The position numbers and the translations under genes are program-made. 64,000 bases of DNA. It comes from a bacterium. Its GTDB lineage: Bacteria > Margulisbacteria > Marinamargulisbacteria > UBA817 > JABISL01. The notes under the pieces are model-generated. The model worked only from the letters and a program-made list of their open reading frames with translations, was not told the origin of the DNA and ran no database searches. This document shows, in pieces, positions 1 to 8,056 of the stretch. The stretch lies in assembly GCA_018700055.1 (NCBI GenBank), contig JABISL010000034.1, positions 1,560 to 65,559 of the forward strand, written 5' to 3'. How positions within the stretch are numbered: position 1 is the first letter of the stretch; each line of letters starts with the position of its first letter.

Positions 1-445
1 GCCGCTCTATACTTTTTACTCGGATGTCGCCACCAGCATTAACTAATATATTTTGGGCCCCATTGGCTTCTAAATACTCAAATGTCTTGTCGACGATATA
101 GCCTTTGCCAATCCCACTTAAGTTAATGATGGTGTCTTTTTCTAATCGAGTTTGGTTGCCTTTAATTGTGATGCCATGATGTCCATCTGGTGTTTTTGAT
201 AGCCCTTCAAAATCAATGCGGAACAAATTATTGGTTTCGTTTTGTAATTTAAGACTGAGTTCAAGTATTGCGTATAAGCTTTTGGGAATCCCTACCCATT
301 TTTCTTTAGAACTATTGTTTAGTAGTGATAGATCACTAATTGGATCATAGAAATTGATCGCTTGTGCCAAAGATTCCATATACGTATAAGCATCTCTCGC
401 TAAATGCTCGTGGTGCGATGCAATTATTTGGATATTGGTGGTCAT
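1..445 (-). CDS. apbE: ApbE-family FAD:protein FMN transferase (flavin transferase). The N-terminal part is in the window and the C-terminus runs off the left edge. The start codon is uncertain; ATG at 443-445 is the first in-frame ATG, and the frame stays open upstream.
   Basis: My own minus-strand translation (no ORF-track entry because the gene is truncated) reads MTTNIQIIASHHEHLARDAYTYMESLAQAINFYDPISDLSLLNNSSKEKWVGIPKSLYAILELSLKLQNETNNLFRIDFEGLSKTPDGHHGITIKGNQTRLEKDTIINLSGIGKGYIVDKTFEYLEANGAQNILVNAGGDIRVKSIER. It contains the ApbE hallmark motifs GIGKGYIVD (consensus GIAKGYAVD) and VNAGGDI. Confidence 0.65.
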   Translation of the reverse strand, partial: MTTNIQIIASHHEHLARDAYTYMESLAQAINFYDPISDLSLLNNSSKEKWVGIPKSLYAILELSLKLQNETNNLFRIDFEGLSKTPDGHHGITIKGNQTRLEKDTIINLSGIGKGYIVDKTFEYLEANGAQNILVNAGGDIRVKSIER

Positions 446-486
446 TAACGACCCTGTAGCGATAAAGTTCTTGTGGAAAGGGTGAT

Positions 487-984
487 CTATTTGGAAACTA
501 ATGTTTGTACCCAATTATGAGGGAGTTCATTGCCTTGATAGAGCAGCTGTCCGTTTTTATCGACGATGAGAACGGTGGGGGTTCCTGTAATACCAAGTTC
601 TTTAACCCAGGCGAGTTTTCTATCCATAACAACTGGCATATTTAGGTGTCTTTTTCTGACATATTTTTTCACTTTTCGTTTCTTTTCTCCGGCGTTGATA
701 ACCAACATATTAATTGGGAGCTTTTGCTCTTTAATTTCGGCATAATCTTTATTTAAGTGGGCTAATTCAACCTTACAAACGGAACACCAGGTAGTGAATA
801 CACTGATTAATGTTGCAGCGTTATTCTGGATTGATGTGATGTCTCCCGATAAAGTACGAAAAGAGCCTGTAGGTACAATGTCGCCTACTTTTAGTTTAGT
901 TACTGTTGTTGATTCGAAGGCGAAAGCTGGAAGCGTACTCAATAAAATGAGTCCTAGAATAATTATGTTGTAACGAAATTTCAA
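487..984 (-). CDS. TlpA/ResA-like periplasmic thioredoxin-fold thiol:disulfide oxidoreductase
   Basis: 165 aa. It has an N-terminal signal peptide (IIILGLILLSTLPAFA) and a WCSVC CxxC redox motif in a thioredoxin-like context. Confidence 0.65.
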   Translation of the reverse strand: MKFRYNIIILGLILLSTLPAFAFESTTVTKLKVGDIVPTGSFRTLSGDITSIQNNAATLISVFTTWCSVCKVELAHLNKDYAEIKEQKLPINMLVINAGEKKRKVKKYVRKRHLNMPVVMDRKLAWVKELGITGTPTVLIVDKNGQLLYQGNELPHNWVQTLVSK

Positions 985-1034
985 AATAAAGCTCCTTTTG
1001 GATTCTGCGTGGTTAATCTATTATACTAAACGTT

Positions 1035-1286
1035 ATGATTCGCATGCTAATAGTTTTGGTTACACTTGGGGTAAGTATAGTAGGGGTTACTGCGGCAGAC
1101 CTTCAGACTACTTCGAGTTCAGACTCAGGGACGATACAATTTTTTGATAAGGGTTATTTGAATGATCCCATCATGCAATTTGAATCGGATCCATTACGTA
1201 GTGCGTTGGATCAACATATTTTTGGAATTCGTGAAGGATCTATAGGTGGATATGATTCAGCTGGGGGGTCTTGCGGGTGCAATTAG
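1035..1286 (+). CDS. hypothetical small secreted protein
   Basis: 83-aa ORF with a hydrophobic N-terminus (signal-like). I recognise no motifs. Confidence 0.25.
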   Translation: MIRMLIVLVTLGVSIVGVTAADLQTTSSSDSGTIQFFDKGYLNDPIMQFESDPLRSALDQHIFGIREGSIGGYDSAGGSCGCN

Positions 1287-2428
1287 TCGGCGTCTTTACT
1301 ATTCTTATTATGGCGTTTGTTATGGCCAAGCAGATTTTTGCGGAGCAGTACATTGCCTTTAAGTCGCTTAATTTTAAGGACTCAAAGAAAATCGATATTT
1401 GGGAAGGCTTAGTTCTTTATAAAACAGACTTATCAACTCATACTCAAATGACGGTTCAATACGGTTTGGACAGTGTGACCTCAGCTAGTTTTGGGGTGGT
1501 TTCTGGTGTGTCAGGGGCAAGCGCGAGTGCTAGTGCGATTCGCATCTCTGATGATGAGGAAGATGATGATGAGGACTCCGAATATACTGCGAGTGAAAGA
1601 TCTACGAAAACAAGGCAGCAGGCAGGATTATCTATTACTCATGCTTTTGCTCCGGATGTAAAAGGGACCTCGTCTGTAAGGATGAGTTATAAAACAGATT
1701 ACCAGTCTTATATTGCGGGCCAAACAATCACATTTCCTATAGCTGGACCTAACACGATTTTAGGCGTGGGTGGGTATTATACGCAGAATAATAATAACCC
1801 TTTGGTTACCACTACAAATGTTCAGCTTGAGCCGCCTTCGGATACTGATAGTACCCGTGTGACAGTTATTGGGTCGTTAGAACATGTGCTTTCACGCAAA
1901 AGTAAACTCAAGTTTTTGGCAGAAGGATTTGAAGATAAAGGGTATTTATCAACGGGATATCAACGCGTGACGATCACCTCAGATGATTCAGAAGCCTTGG
2001 AAGTATTGCCTAGTACACGAACTGGTTTGGCGCTTAGTATGATCTATAGTCAGTGGCTATTTGACTCTGCAGCACTTCATTTAAGAGGAAGAGTCTATCA
2101 GGATAGTTATGATATTAATGCCTATAGTTTGGATGCTCAGATAATGAAATATTTAGCAGAGGATCTTGTGGGGGATGTTCGTTTACGATACTACACTCAG
2201 TCTTCAGCAAGCTTTTTTGGTGAGTCATTTGTTAATATGCCTGATGGATTTTTTACGAACCATCCTGCGTTATCTCAATTTAATGCGTATCAGGCTACGG
2301 CTGGCATTAAAAAAGAAGTGGAATGGTTTGGGGGAGATGGCGCGATCAGCGCTGTTGTTAGTTTTTATTATGCAGACTTAGATTATAATTTTGGAACCCT
2401 TATGTTGGGGTACGAAACCACTTTTTAG
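1271..2428 (+). CDS. putative outer-membrane beta-barrel protein with an acidic DE-rich stretch
   Basis: 385 aa. It has a signal-like N-terminus, alternating hydrophobic/polar beta-strand-like segments, and a C-terminal aromatic residue (...LGYETTF) typical of OMP beta-barrels. It also has a DDEEDDDEDSEY acidic run. The start is probably downstream of the track start. Confidence 0.4.
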   Translation: MRVQLVGVFTILIMAFVMAKQIFAEQYIAFKSLNFKDSKKIDIWEGLVLYKTDLSTHTQMTVQYGLDSVTSASFGVVSGVSGASASASAIRISDDEEDDDEDSEYTASERSTKTRQQAGLSITHAFAPDVKGTSSVRMSYKTDYQSYIAGQTITFPIAGPNTILGVGGYYTQNNNNPLVTTTNVQLEPPSDTDSTRVTVIGSLEHVLSRKSKLKFLAEGFEDKGYLSTGYQRVTITSDDSEALEVLPSTRTGLALSMIYSQWLFDSAALHLRGRVYQDSYDINAYSLDAQIMKYLAEDLVGDVRLRYYTQSSASFFGESFVNMPDGFFTNHPALSQFNAYQATAGIKKEVEWFGGDGAISAVVSFYYADLDYNFGTLMLGYETTF

Positions 2429-2438
2429 GAGACTATAA

Positions 2439-3122
2439 ATGATTGGATTTATAACGGATTTGTTAGCATCATCGAGTCATAATATGGTTCTTATGGTTGG
2501 TTTGGTGTTTTTGGGTGGGATATTAACCTCATTAACTCCTTGTATATTTCCTATGATTCCAATTACCTTTTCGGTTATTACGAGCATTCATCCGGACTCG
2601 GGACGTTGGGGAAAAGTAGGGATGGTGTGTGCCTATGGCATGGGCCTTTCATTAGCTTATGTTGTACTGGGTGCGGTCGCGGTTCTATCGGGTAGCATTT
2701 TTGGCAGTATTTTGCAGGCCACTTGGATTAAGATTGTTATCGCGAATGTCTTTTTTTATATCGCGTTTTCAGCTAAAGGGTGGATGCGTCTTCCACAGGT
2801 TCAGTTCAAGCATCAATCGGTTAACTCAGTATTGTCTGTTGTCGGAATAGGGTTCGTCACCGGGGCCACAATGTCGCCATGTACGCTTCCTGTATTAGCG
2901 ATTGTGTTGGCATACGCTTCTCAGCAGAGTTTGGTGATGGGTATGTTTTTGTTGTGGGTTTACGCCATGGGGTTCTTTATTATTCTGATGGCGATTGCCT
3001 TATTTGGGGCATCATTCAAGGATCGACTGCCACAATCGGGTCCTTGGTTGAAGCGTGTAGAAACAGTGCTCTTTATATTAGCGATGGCGATTGGGGAATG
3101 GTTCTTGATGCAAGCTGGCTAA
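2439..3122 (+). CDS. ccdA: CcdA/DsbD-family membrane thiol:disulfide electron transporter (cytochrome c-type biogenesis protein CcdA-like)
   Basis: 227 aa with six hydrophobic segments. It has two conserved membrane-embedded cysteines in LTPCIFPMIP and SPCTLPVL contexts, as in CcdA/DsbD beta domains. Confidence 0.65.
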   Translation: MIGFITDLLASSSHNMVLMVGLVFLGGILTSLTPCIFPMIPITFSVITSIHPDSGRWGKVGMVCAYGMGLSLAYVVLGAVAVLSGSIFGSILQATWIKIVIANVFFYIAFSAKGWMRLPQVQFKHQSVNSVLSVVGIGFVTGATMSPCTLPVLAIVLAYASQQSLVMGMFLLWVYAMGFFIILMAIALFGASFKDRLPQSGPWLKRVETVLFILAMAIGEWFLMQAG

Positions 3123-3190
3123 TAAATTCTGACAGGGGGTATTTGGGTTAGTGATTGCCGGCATTGCCTAGGGTTTGATATAGTATCGGG

Positions 3191-4147
3191 ATGTCAGAAC
3201 AAGTCTATAATGATGTGCAGAACGTAGTCATAGTCGGATCAGGTCCAGCGGGTCATACTGCTGGGATTTATGCTGGTCGTGCATTATTGAGCCCCGTGAT
3301 GTTTGAAGGTGAGATGGCCGGTGGTGTTGCCGCAGGTGGTCAGCTGACCACAACTACTGATGTTGAAAACTATCCCGGATTTCCTGAAGGGGTTATGGGC
3401 CCGGATCTCATGTGGAAGATGCGTGAGCAGTCCATTAAATGTGGCACAACAATTATTACGAAGACCGTCGATTCAGTTGATTTTTCTAAGCAGCCATTTG
3501 AGTTAACGACACGTAAAGGTGTGGTAAAAGCCAAAACAGTTATTATTGCTACCGGAGCGACAGCAAAGAGATTAGGTATTCCAGGCGAAGACACTTATTG
3601 GCAGAAAGGCATGTCAGCTTGTGCTGTTTGTGATGGGGCGTTGCCTATTTTTCGTGAGAAACCATTGGTTGTTATTGGAGGAGGAGACTCTGCTGTAGAA
3701 GAGGCAGGGTACCTAACCAAATATGCAAGCAAAGTGTATCTCTTGGTTCGAAAAAATGAACTTAGAGCATCAAAGGTAATGCGTGAGAGAGCGATTGCCA
3801 ATGAGAAAATAGAGATCCTCTGGAATACAGAAGCTGTAGAAGCAACTGGTGGTAACTTGTTAGAGCAAGTGCGAGTGATAAACAATCAGACCAAAGAAGA
3901 GACTGTATTGGATGCGAGTGGATTATTCTATGCTATCGGACATGTTCCTAATACATCGTTCTTAGATGGCCAAATAACCCTAGATGCCGAAGGGTATATC
4001 GTGGTGTCAGAGCCAGGAACTACGAAAACCAATATCCCCGGTGTTTTTGCTTGTGGTGATGTCCAAGACAAAACCTACAGACAAGCAATAACCGCGGCGG
4101 GCTCAGGGTGTAAGGCTGCTTTAGAAGCAGAACGATACCTCGGGTAA
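3191..4147 (+). CDS. trxB: thioredoxin-disulfide reductase
   Basis: 318 aa. It has an N-terminal GSGPAGHTAG FAD-binding motif, the CAVCDGA redox-active disulfide motif and a GGGDSA NADPH motif. Confidence 0.9.
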   Translation: MSEQVYNDVQNVVIVGSGPAGHTAGIYAGRALLSPVMFEGEMAGGVAAGGQLTTTTDVENYPGFPEGVMGPDLMWKMREQSIKCGTTIITKTVDSVDFSKQPFELTTRKGVVKAKTVIIATGATAKRLGIPGEDTYWQKGMSACAVCDGALPIFREKPLVVIGGGDSAVEEAGYLTKYASKVYLLVRKNELRASKVMRERAIANEKIEILWNTEAVEATGGNLLEQVRVINNQTKEETVLDASGLFYAIGHVPNTSFLDGQITLDAEGYIVVSEPGTTKTNIPGVFACGDVQDKTYRQAITAAGSGCKAALEAERYLG

Positions 4148-4166
4148 ATTTGACGATCTGATTCAC

Positions 4167-4230
4167 TTTAGATTCGATTTTTGTCCTCGAGTTATTTGAA
4201 ACATCCCTCCGGGAAAACCGAATCTAGAAA
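4167..4230 (+). repeat. Structured intergenic repeat, copy A (TTTAGATTCGATTTTTGTCCTCG ... CCGGGAAAACCGAATCTAGAAA). It lies 20 nt after the trxB stop.
   Basis: It shares the cores TTTAGATTYGATTTTTGTYCTCG and GGRAAAMCCGAATCTA with copy B (34757-34820) and GTCCTCGA/CGGGAAAA with copy C (18305-18352). The outer arms TTTAGATTCG / CGAATCTAGA are inverted repeats. Confidence 0.5.
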
Positions 4231-4367
4231 TTTAAGCTGCGATGTTGAATAGAATGGGTCGAGGCTCGATTAACGCGTGGTTTTTTGTGAGGAGGTAGAT
4301 TCTCTTTGTCTTCGAAAGAAGAGTTAGCGTCTGGATTATTAGTTGAAGGGGGAAGTATGCCGTCATT

Positions 4368-4793
4368 TTATAGTAGCGCATCGATATCAAGAAGCTCAAC
4401 GGTAGAAATAGCTAAGCGACCTAAATCAGAATAGTTTGGTTCTGTTGCTCGATCAACAAGGCCTTGATAGGCTTCAATGGCTTTGTTTCGACTATTATTT
4501 AATCCCCAATCTGAGTTAAGCCGTAACCCAAGGTTCTTGGGGTCATTTAATATTATATCGGCGTCTTCAAAGAAGGTCAGAATGTCTTTTGAATAGTGAT
4601 CTGATCCATCGCTAAATACGGATAGATTAATGATTGTATCGTAAATATCAGTTAGTTCTTTGGTAGGGTTGAAGGTGTTGGGGTCCTTGGGTGGGCGTCC
4701 TGAAGCCGGCCGATTTGTGTTTTGGGTAGAAAATAAATTTCCCCAACTATTTGCTGTAACTACTGAAGATGTTGAACTTAATGTGGGTGCCAT
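4368..4793 (-). CDS. hypothetical protein (acidic, with a disordered N-terminus); third gene of a 3-gene operon
   Basis: 141-aa ORF lying 12 nt downstream of the previous gene on the same strand. I recognise no motifs. Confidence 0.4.
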   Translation of the reverse strand: MAPTLSSTSSVVTANSWGNLFSTQNTNRPASGRPPKDPNTFNPTKELTDIYDTIINLSVFSDGSDHYSKDILTFFEDADIILNDPKNLGLRLNSDWGLNNSRNKAIEAYQGLVDRATEPNYSDLGRLAISTVELLDIDALL

Positions 4794-4805
4794 GATTGTT
4801 CCTTT

Positions 4806-5723
4806 TTAGTTGGTTAAGAAATTAAGTTTGTGATGTAAATTTTCGATGAAAGTGGGTTTGCCACCTGCCATTGGAAAGTAGGGGGAAAAAACTTGGTCTC
4901 TAAGTGTATATTCGATAGTTGTAATATCGGCTTTTGATAACTTATCTTGGTTATAGGTTTCAATGCAACTTTGTAGAAGTAAGGCAACTTGTCCTTTGGC
5001 ATACCCTCGCTCCTGTTTTTTTGATTCTTTTTTTAATTCAGAAACAAAATTATTGAAACTATTTATATAAGGTTCTGTGCTGGGTTGTGATGGTTGTCTA
5101 TTTAATAGAGATTCACCCTCATTATGTAACTTAGTTAAGTTGGGGTTATTTCTGAGTAGGGGTTCTTTTTCACAGAGTTGTTTAAGTTCGGTGAGGGCTG
5201 TTTTGTGATCAACTGGCGCATCGTTATTTTTATAAAGGCTATTTAATTGAATTTCATTAATGACTTGTTCATATAAGGAAGCTGCTGTTTTGGGAGTAAG
5301 GGACTCGTAAATAGGAAGCAAATCAAATCGTCCATTATCACGATTATAGAACGCGGGGAGAGTTGGTAAGGGTAAAGGCGATATGTGGGGAGTTGGTGTT
5401 AGTGCTATTGCAACGGTGTTGGGGCTAAGACCGATTGCAGGTTTAACTTCAATTTTTTGTGCCTCTGCTTCCGCTAATGTTGGAACGTTGGCGGGGGTTT
5501 CGGATCGAACAGGATTGTTTTTTGGGGTTGTAGGCGGCAATTGACCTGCCAGAGGTTGAGGTATGGGCTCATTGTTTAGAAGTGCTCGAGATTGGCCCAT
5601 GATATTGAGTTGGTTTTGACTATGAGCTTTGGCGGTTTCGTTGCGTTTGGAAATCGCGAGCATAGTGTCTTTGTACTCATTCATGGCGTCTCTATTTATA
5701 GATGGTGTTGTGTTTAAGTTCAT
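4806..5723 (-). CDS. hypothetical Pro-rich disordered protein. The start is probably the ATG at 5721-5723 rather than the track's GTG at 5735.
   Basis: About 305 aa, with long P/T/L-rich low-complexity stretches (PIPQPLAGQLPPTTPKNNP..., TPTPHISPLPLPTLP). No signal peptide. The track start, a GTG, lies inside the upstream hairpin. Confidence 0.4.
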   Translation of the reverse strand: MNLNTTPSINRDAMNEYKDTMLAISKRNETAKAHSQNQLNIMGQSRALLNNEPIPQPLAGQLPPTTPKNNPVRSETPANVPTLAEAEAQKIEVKPAIGLSPNTVAIALTPTPHISPLPLPTLPAFYNRDNGRFDLLPIYESLTPKTAASLYEQVINEIQLNSLYKNNDAPVDHKTALTELKQLCEKEPLLRNNPNLTKLHNEGESLLNRQPSQPSTEPYINSFNNFVSELKKESKKQERGYAKGQVALLLQSCIETYNQDKLSKADITTIEYTLRDQVFSPYFPMAGGKPTFIENLHHKLNFLTN

Positions 5724-5727
5724 AATG

Positions 5728-5763
5728 GTCCTCACGGTAATTTTATATACTTATCGTGAGGAC
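5728..5763 (-). promoter_or_regulatory. Perfect 9-bp stem hairpin (GTCCTCACG-18 nt-CGTGAGGAC) ending 4 nt before the ATG. It sequesters the SD-like GAGGAC.
   Basis: Read directly: the inverted repeat gtcctcacg ... cgtgaggac. On the mRNA (minus) strand the 3-prime arm CGTGAGGAC is followed by CATT ATG. Confidence 0.5.
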
Positions 5764-5858
5764 GGAGGGTGGAATTTCAATTATTTAGTTTGAGCTTGAT
5801 AAGGGGATAGGGGTAGAGGTTATCTCACACACGAATAATGGTTTTGGGAAGATTGAGC

Positions 5859-6371
5859 CTATCGGATACTTAGTAGTTGAGCTAGTCGTTCAGGGGCGAC
5901 AGTGTGAATTGGTGGCATAGGTGGGTGGGCTATTTTTTTGTCGCTTTTTCTAGGAAATGAAGTAGCTGATGTAGGAAGGTTTTGGCTTGGAGGTGTGTTT
6001 TCTAATTGGTAGGGTCTTTCTGCACGAACGGCCTCACTTGTTTTTGCGGATAAGAGATCTTTTGCTTGGAGGGTTTGTTGTTCTATCTGCTGATCGGCAG
6101 AAGTAGGGATTAGGTCTTGCATTTCTTTTCTTTGAAACTCGAGTGCTCTTAAGATGTCTTTTTGTTCTAGAAGCTCTTTGCTTGGAATGGTTCGGCTATG
6201 GCCCAATATGTTAATTACGTTGGATAATTTCTGCTTAATAAACGAAACGGTTTCTTTTGAGTCTTGAGATAATGTTGAACGGGCTTCATTCGTCTCGCTA
6301 TTAGGCCCTTTTAAGGCAGACTTTTTGTCTGAATAAATTGAGAATGGAACAGTTAATGTTGGATTTAGCAT
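5859..6371 (-). CDS. hypothetical protein; first gene of the 3-gene operon
   Basis: 170-aa ORF with S/T/P/Q-rich composition. I recognise no motifs. Confidence 0.4.
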   Translation of the reverse strand: MLNPTLTVPFSIYSDKKSALKGPNSETNEARSTLSQDSKETVSFIKQKLSNVINILGHSRTIPSKELLEQKDILRALEFQRKEMQDLIPTSADQQIEQQTLQAKDLLSAKTSEAVRAERPYQLENTPPSQNLPTSATSFPRKSDKKIAHPPMPPIHTVAPERLAQLLSIR

Positions 6372-6375
6372 AAAG

Positions 6376-6412
6376 CACCTCGATAATTTAGTTATACTAA
6401 ATTATCGAGGTG
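6376..6412 (-). promoter_or_regulatory. Perfect 16-bp inverted repeat (CACCTCGATAATTTAG-TTATA-CTAAATTATCGAGGTG) ending 4 nt before the ATG of the 170-aa gene. It contains the SD GAGGTG in its 3-prime arm.
   Basis: Read directly at 6376-6412: cacctcgataatttag ttata ctaaattatcgaggtg. On the mRNA strand: CGAGGTG CTTT ATG. Confidence 0.55.
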
Positions 6413-6547
6413 GGACTGGCCTGAATTTCATTTATTTTATTAAAATTTTATTTTATTTTATTGGATGGGTAAAAAATGGGTTCAGAGTTAAGTTAAATAG
6501 GGTGGGTTTATGTTACAATTGGGTGACGTTTACAGGAGGAATATGAG

Positions 6548-7942
6548 ATGACTATAGACACTACAAAGATACGAATAGAGAAAGATACGATGGGTGAAAT
6601 GCAGGTTCCTTCGGACATGTATTATGGGGCACAGTCTGCCCGCTCATTAATGAATTTTCCAATTGGATGGGAAACGTTTCCTAGAGAATTTATCAAAGCC
6701 TTTGGCATCCTTAAGAAGGCTGCGGCATTAACAAACTTAGCATCTGGCGTATTGTCGCAAGAAAAAACGGACCTAATCGCGAAAGCGGCTGACGAAGTTA
6801 TTGAGGGCAAACTGGATGATCATTTTCCCTTAAGCGTATGGCAAACTGGGTCTGGAACGCAGACGAATATGAATGCGAATGAAGTTATCGCGAATCGTGC
6901 GATTGATATTGCAGGTGGTGTTGTAGGTTCAAAAGAGCCGATTCACCCTAATGATGATGTGAATAAATCACAATCTTCTAATGATACGTTTCCTACCGCA
7001 ATGCATATTGCCGCGGGGATGGAAATTCACGAGTCATTGATTCCGGCGATTAAGCAATTGAGAGATACATTTGCTCAAAAGGTAGAAGATTTTAAAGATG
7101 TCGTCAAAATTGGCCGAACGCATTTGATGGATGCGACGCCAGTAACTGTTGGGCAAGAGTTTTCAGGGTACGTACAGCAATTGAACAACGCACTTGAGCG
7201 TATTGAATCCGCTCAAAAACACATTTATGAGTTAGCTCTGGGTGGGACGGCAGTAGGGACAGGACTTAATACCCCGGAAGGCTATTCAGAAAACGTAGCC
7301 AAAACAATCGCAGATCTAACAGGGCTTCCTTTTGTAACAGCACCGAATAAGTTTGAAGCGTTGTCGGCACATGATGCCATTGTTCAAATGAGTGGTGCAT
7401 TCAAAACTTTGGCGGGGGGATTGTTCAAGATTGCCAATGATGTGCGTTGGTCTGCGTCTGGCCCGAGATGTGGCATTGGTGAGCTGCTGATTCCTGAAAA
7501 TGAACCTGGGTCATCAATTATGCCAGGGAAGGTAAACCCTACTCAGTGTGAAGCCCTTACAATGATTGCAGTTCAAGTTATGGGAAATGATGCCGCGATT
7601 GGGTTCGCAGGTGCATCAGGGAATTTTCAGTTGAACGTCTATAATCCAGTAATGATCTATAACTTGCTTCAGTCGATTAAACTTTTGGCTGATGGTTGCA
7701 ACGCATTTAATGATAAATGTGCAGTTGGCATTGAGCCGAATGCAGAGAATGTAGATAAGAACCTCTTTGGGTCCTTAATGTTGGTTACTGCGCTTAATAC
7801 TCACATTGGGTATGATAACGCAGCTGCGATCGCTAAGAAGGCTCATAAAGATGGATCTACGTTGAAAGAAGCGGCGGTTGGACTAGGTCATCTGACGGCG
7901 GAGCAGTTTGACGAATGGGTCAAACCAAAAACAATGGTCTAA
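6548..7942 (+). CDS. fumC: class II fumarate hydratase
   Basis: 464 aa. It has the [16 protein letters not shown] fumarate lyase signature and a typical FumC N-terminus ([17 protein letters not shown]). Confidence 0.92.
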   Translation: MTIDTTKIRIEKDTMGEMQVPSDMYYGAQSARSLMNFPIGWETFPREFIKAFGILKKAAALTNLASGVLSQEKTDLIAKAADEVIEGKLDDHFPLSVWQTGSGTQTNMNANEVIANRAIDIAGGVVGSKEPIHPNDDVNKSQSSNDTFPTAMHIAAGMEIHESLIPAIKQLRDTFAQKVEDFKDVVKIGRTHLMDATPVTVGQEFSGYVQQLNNALERIESAQKHIYELALGGTAVGTGLNTPEGYSENVAKTIADLTGLPFVTAPNKFEALSAHDAIVQMSGAFKTLAGGLFKIANDVRWSASGPRCGIGELLIPENEPGSSIMPGKVNPTQCEALTMIAVQVMGNDAAIGFAGASGNFQLNVYNPVMIYNLLQSIKLLADGCNAFNDKCAVGIEPNAENVDKNLFGSLMLVTALNTHIGYDNAAAIAKKAHKDGSTLKEAAVGLGHLTAEQFDEWVKPKTMV

Positions 7943-7959
7943 TCTTGTCATCTAATTTT

Positions 7960-7996
7960 CCGCAGAGCTATCTGAAATGGCCCTGCGGAAAAAAAG
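7960..7996. terminator. Candidate bidirectional intrinsic terminator between the convergent fumC and the 8057-9373 gene
   Basis: ttttCCGCAGagctatctgaaatggccCTGCGGaaaaaaag. It has a 6-bp GC stem flanked by a T-run on one side and an A-run on the other. Confidence 0.4.
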
Positions 7997-8056
7997 AGTA
8001 AGATGCCTCGGCCTTCGAAGAATTAGAAGACAGTTAGAATTAAGAAGATTAAATTT

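Noticed and set aside
3370-3885. Two minus-strand ORFs (74 and 96 aa) inside trxB
   Set aside because: They are antisense to a high-confidence trxB CDS, have no motifs, and show the typical shadow-ORF composition.
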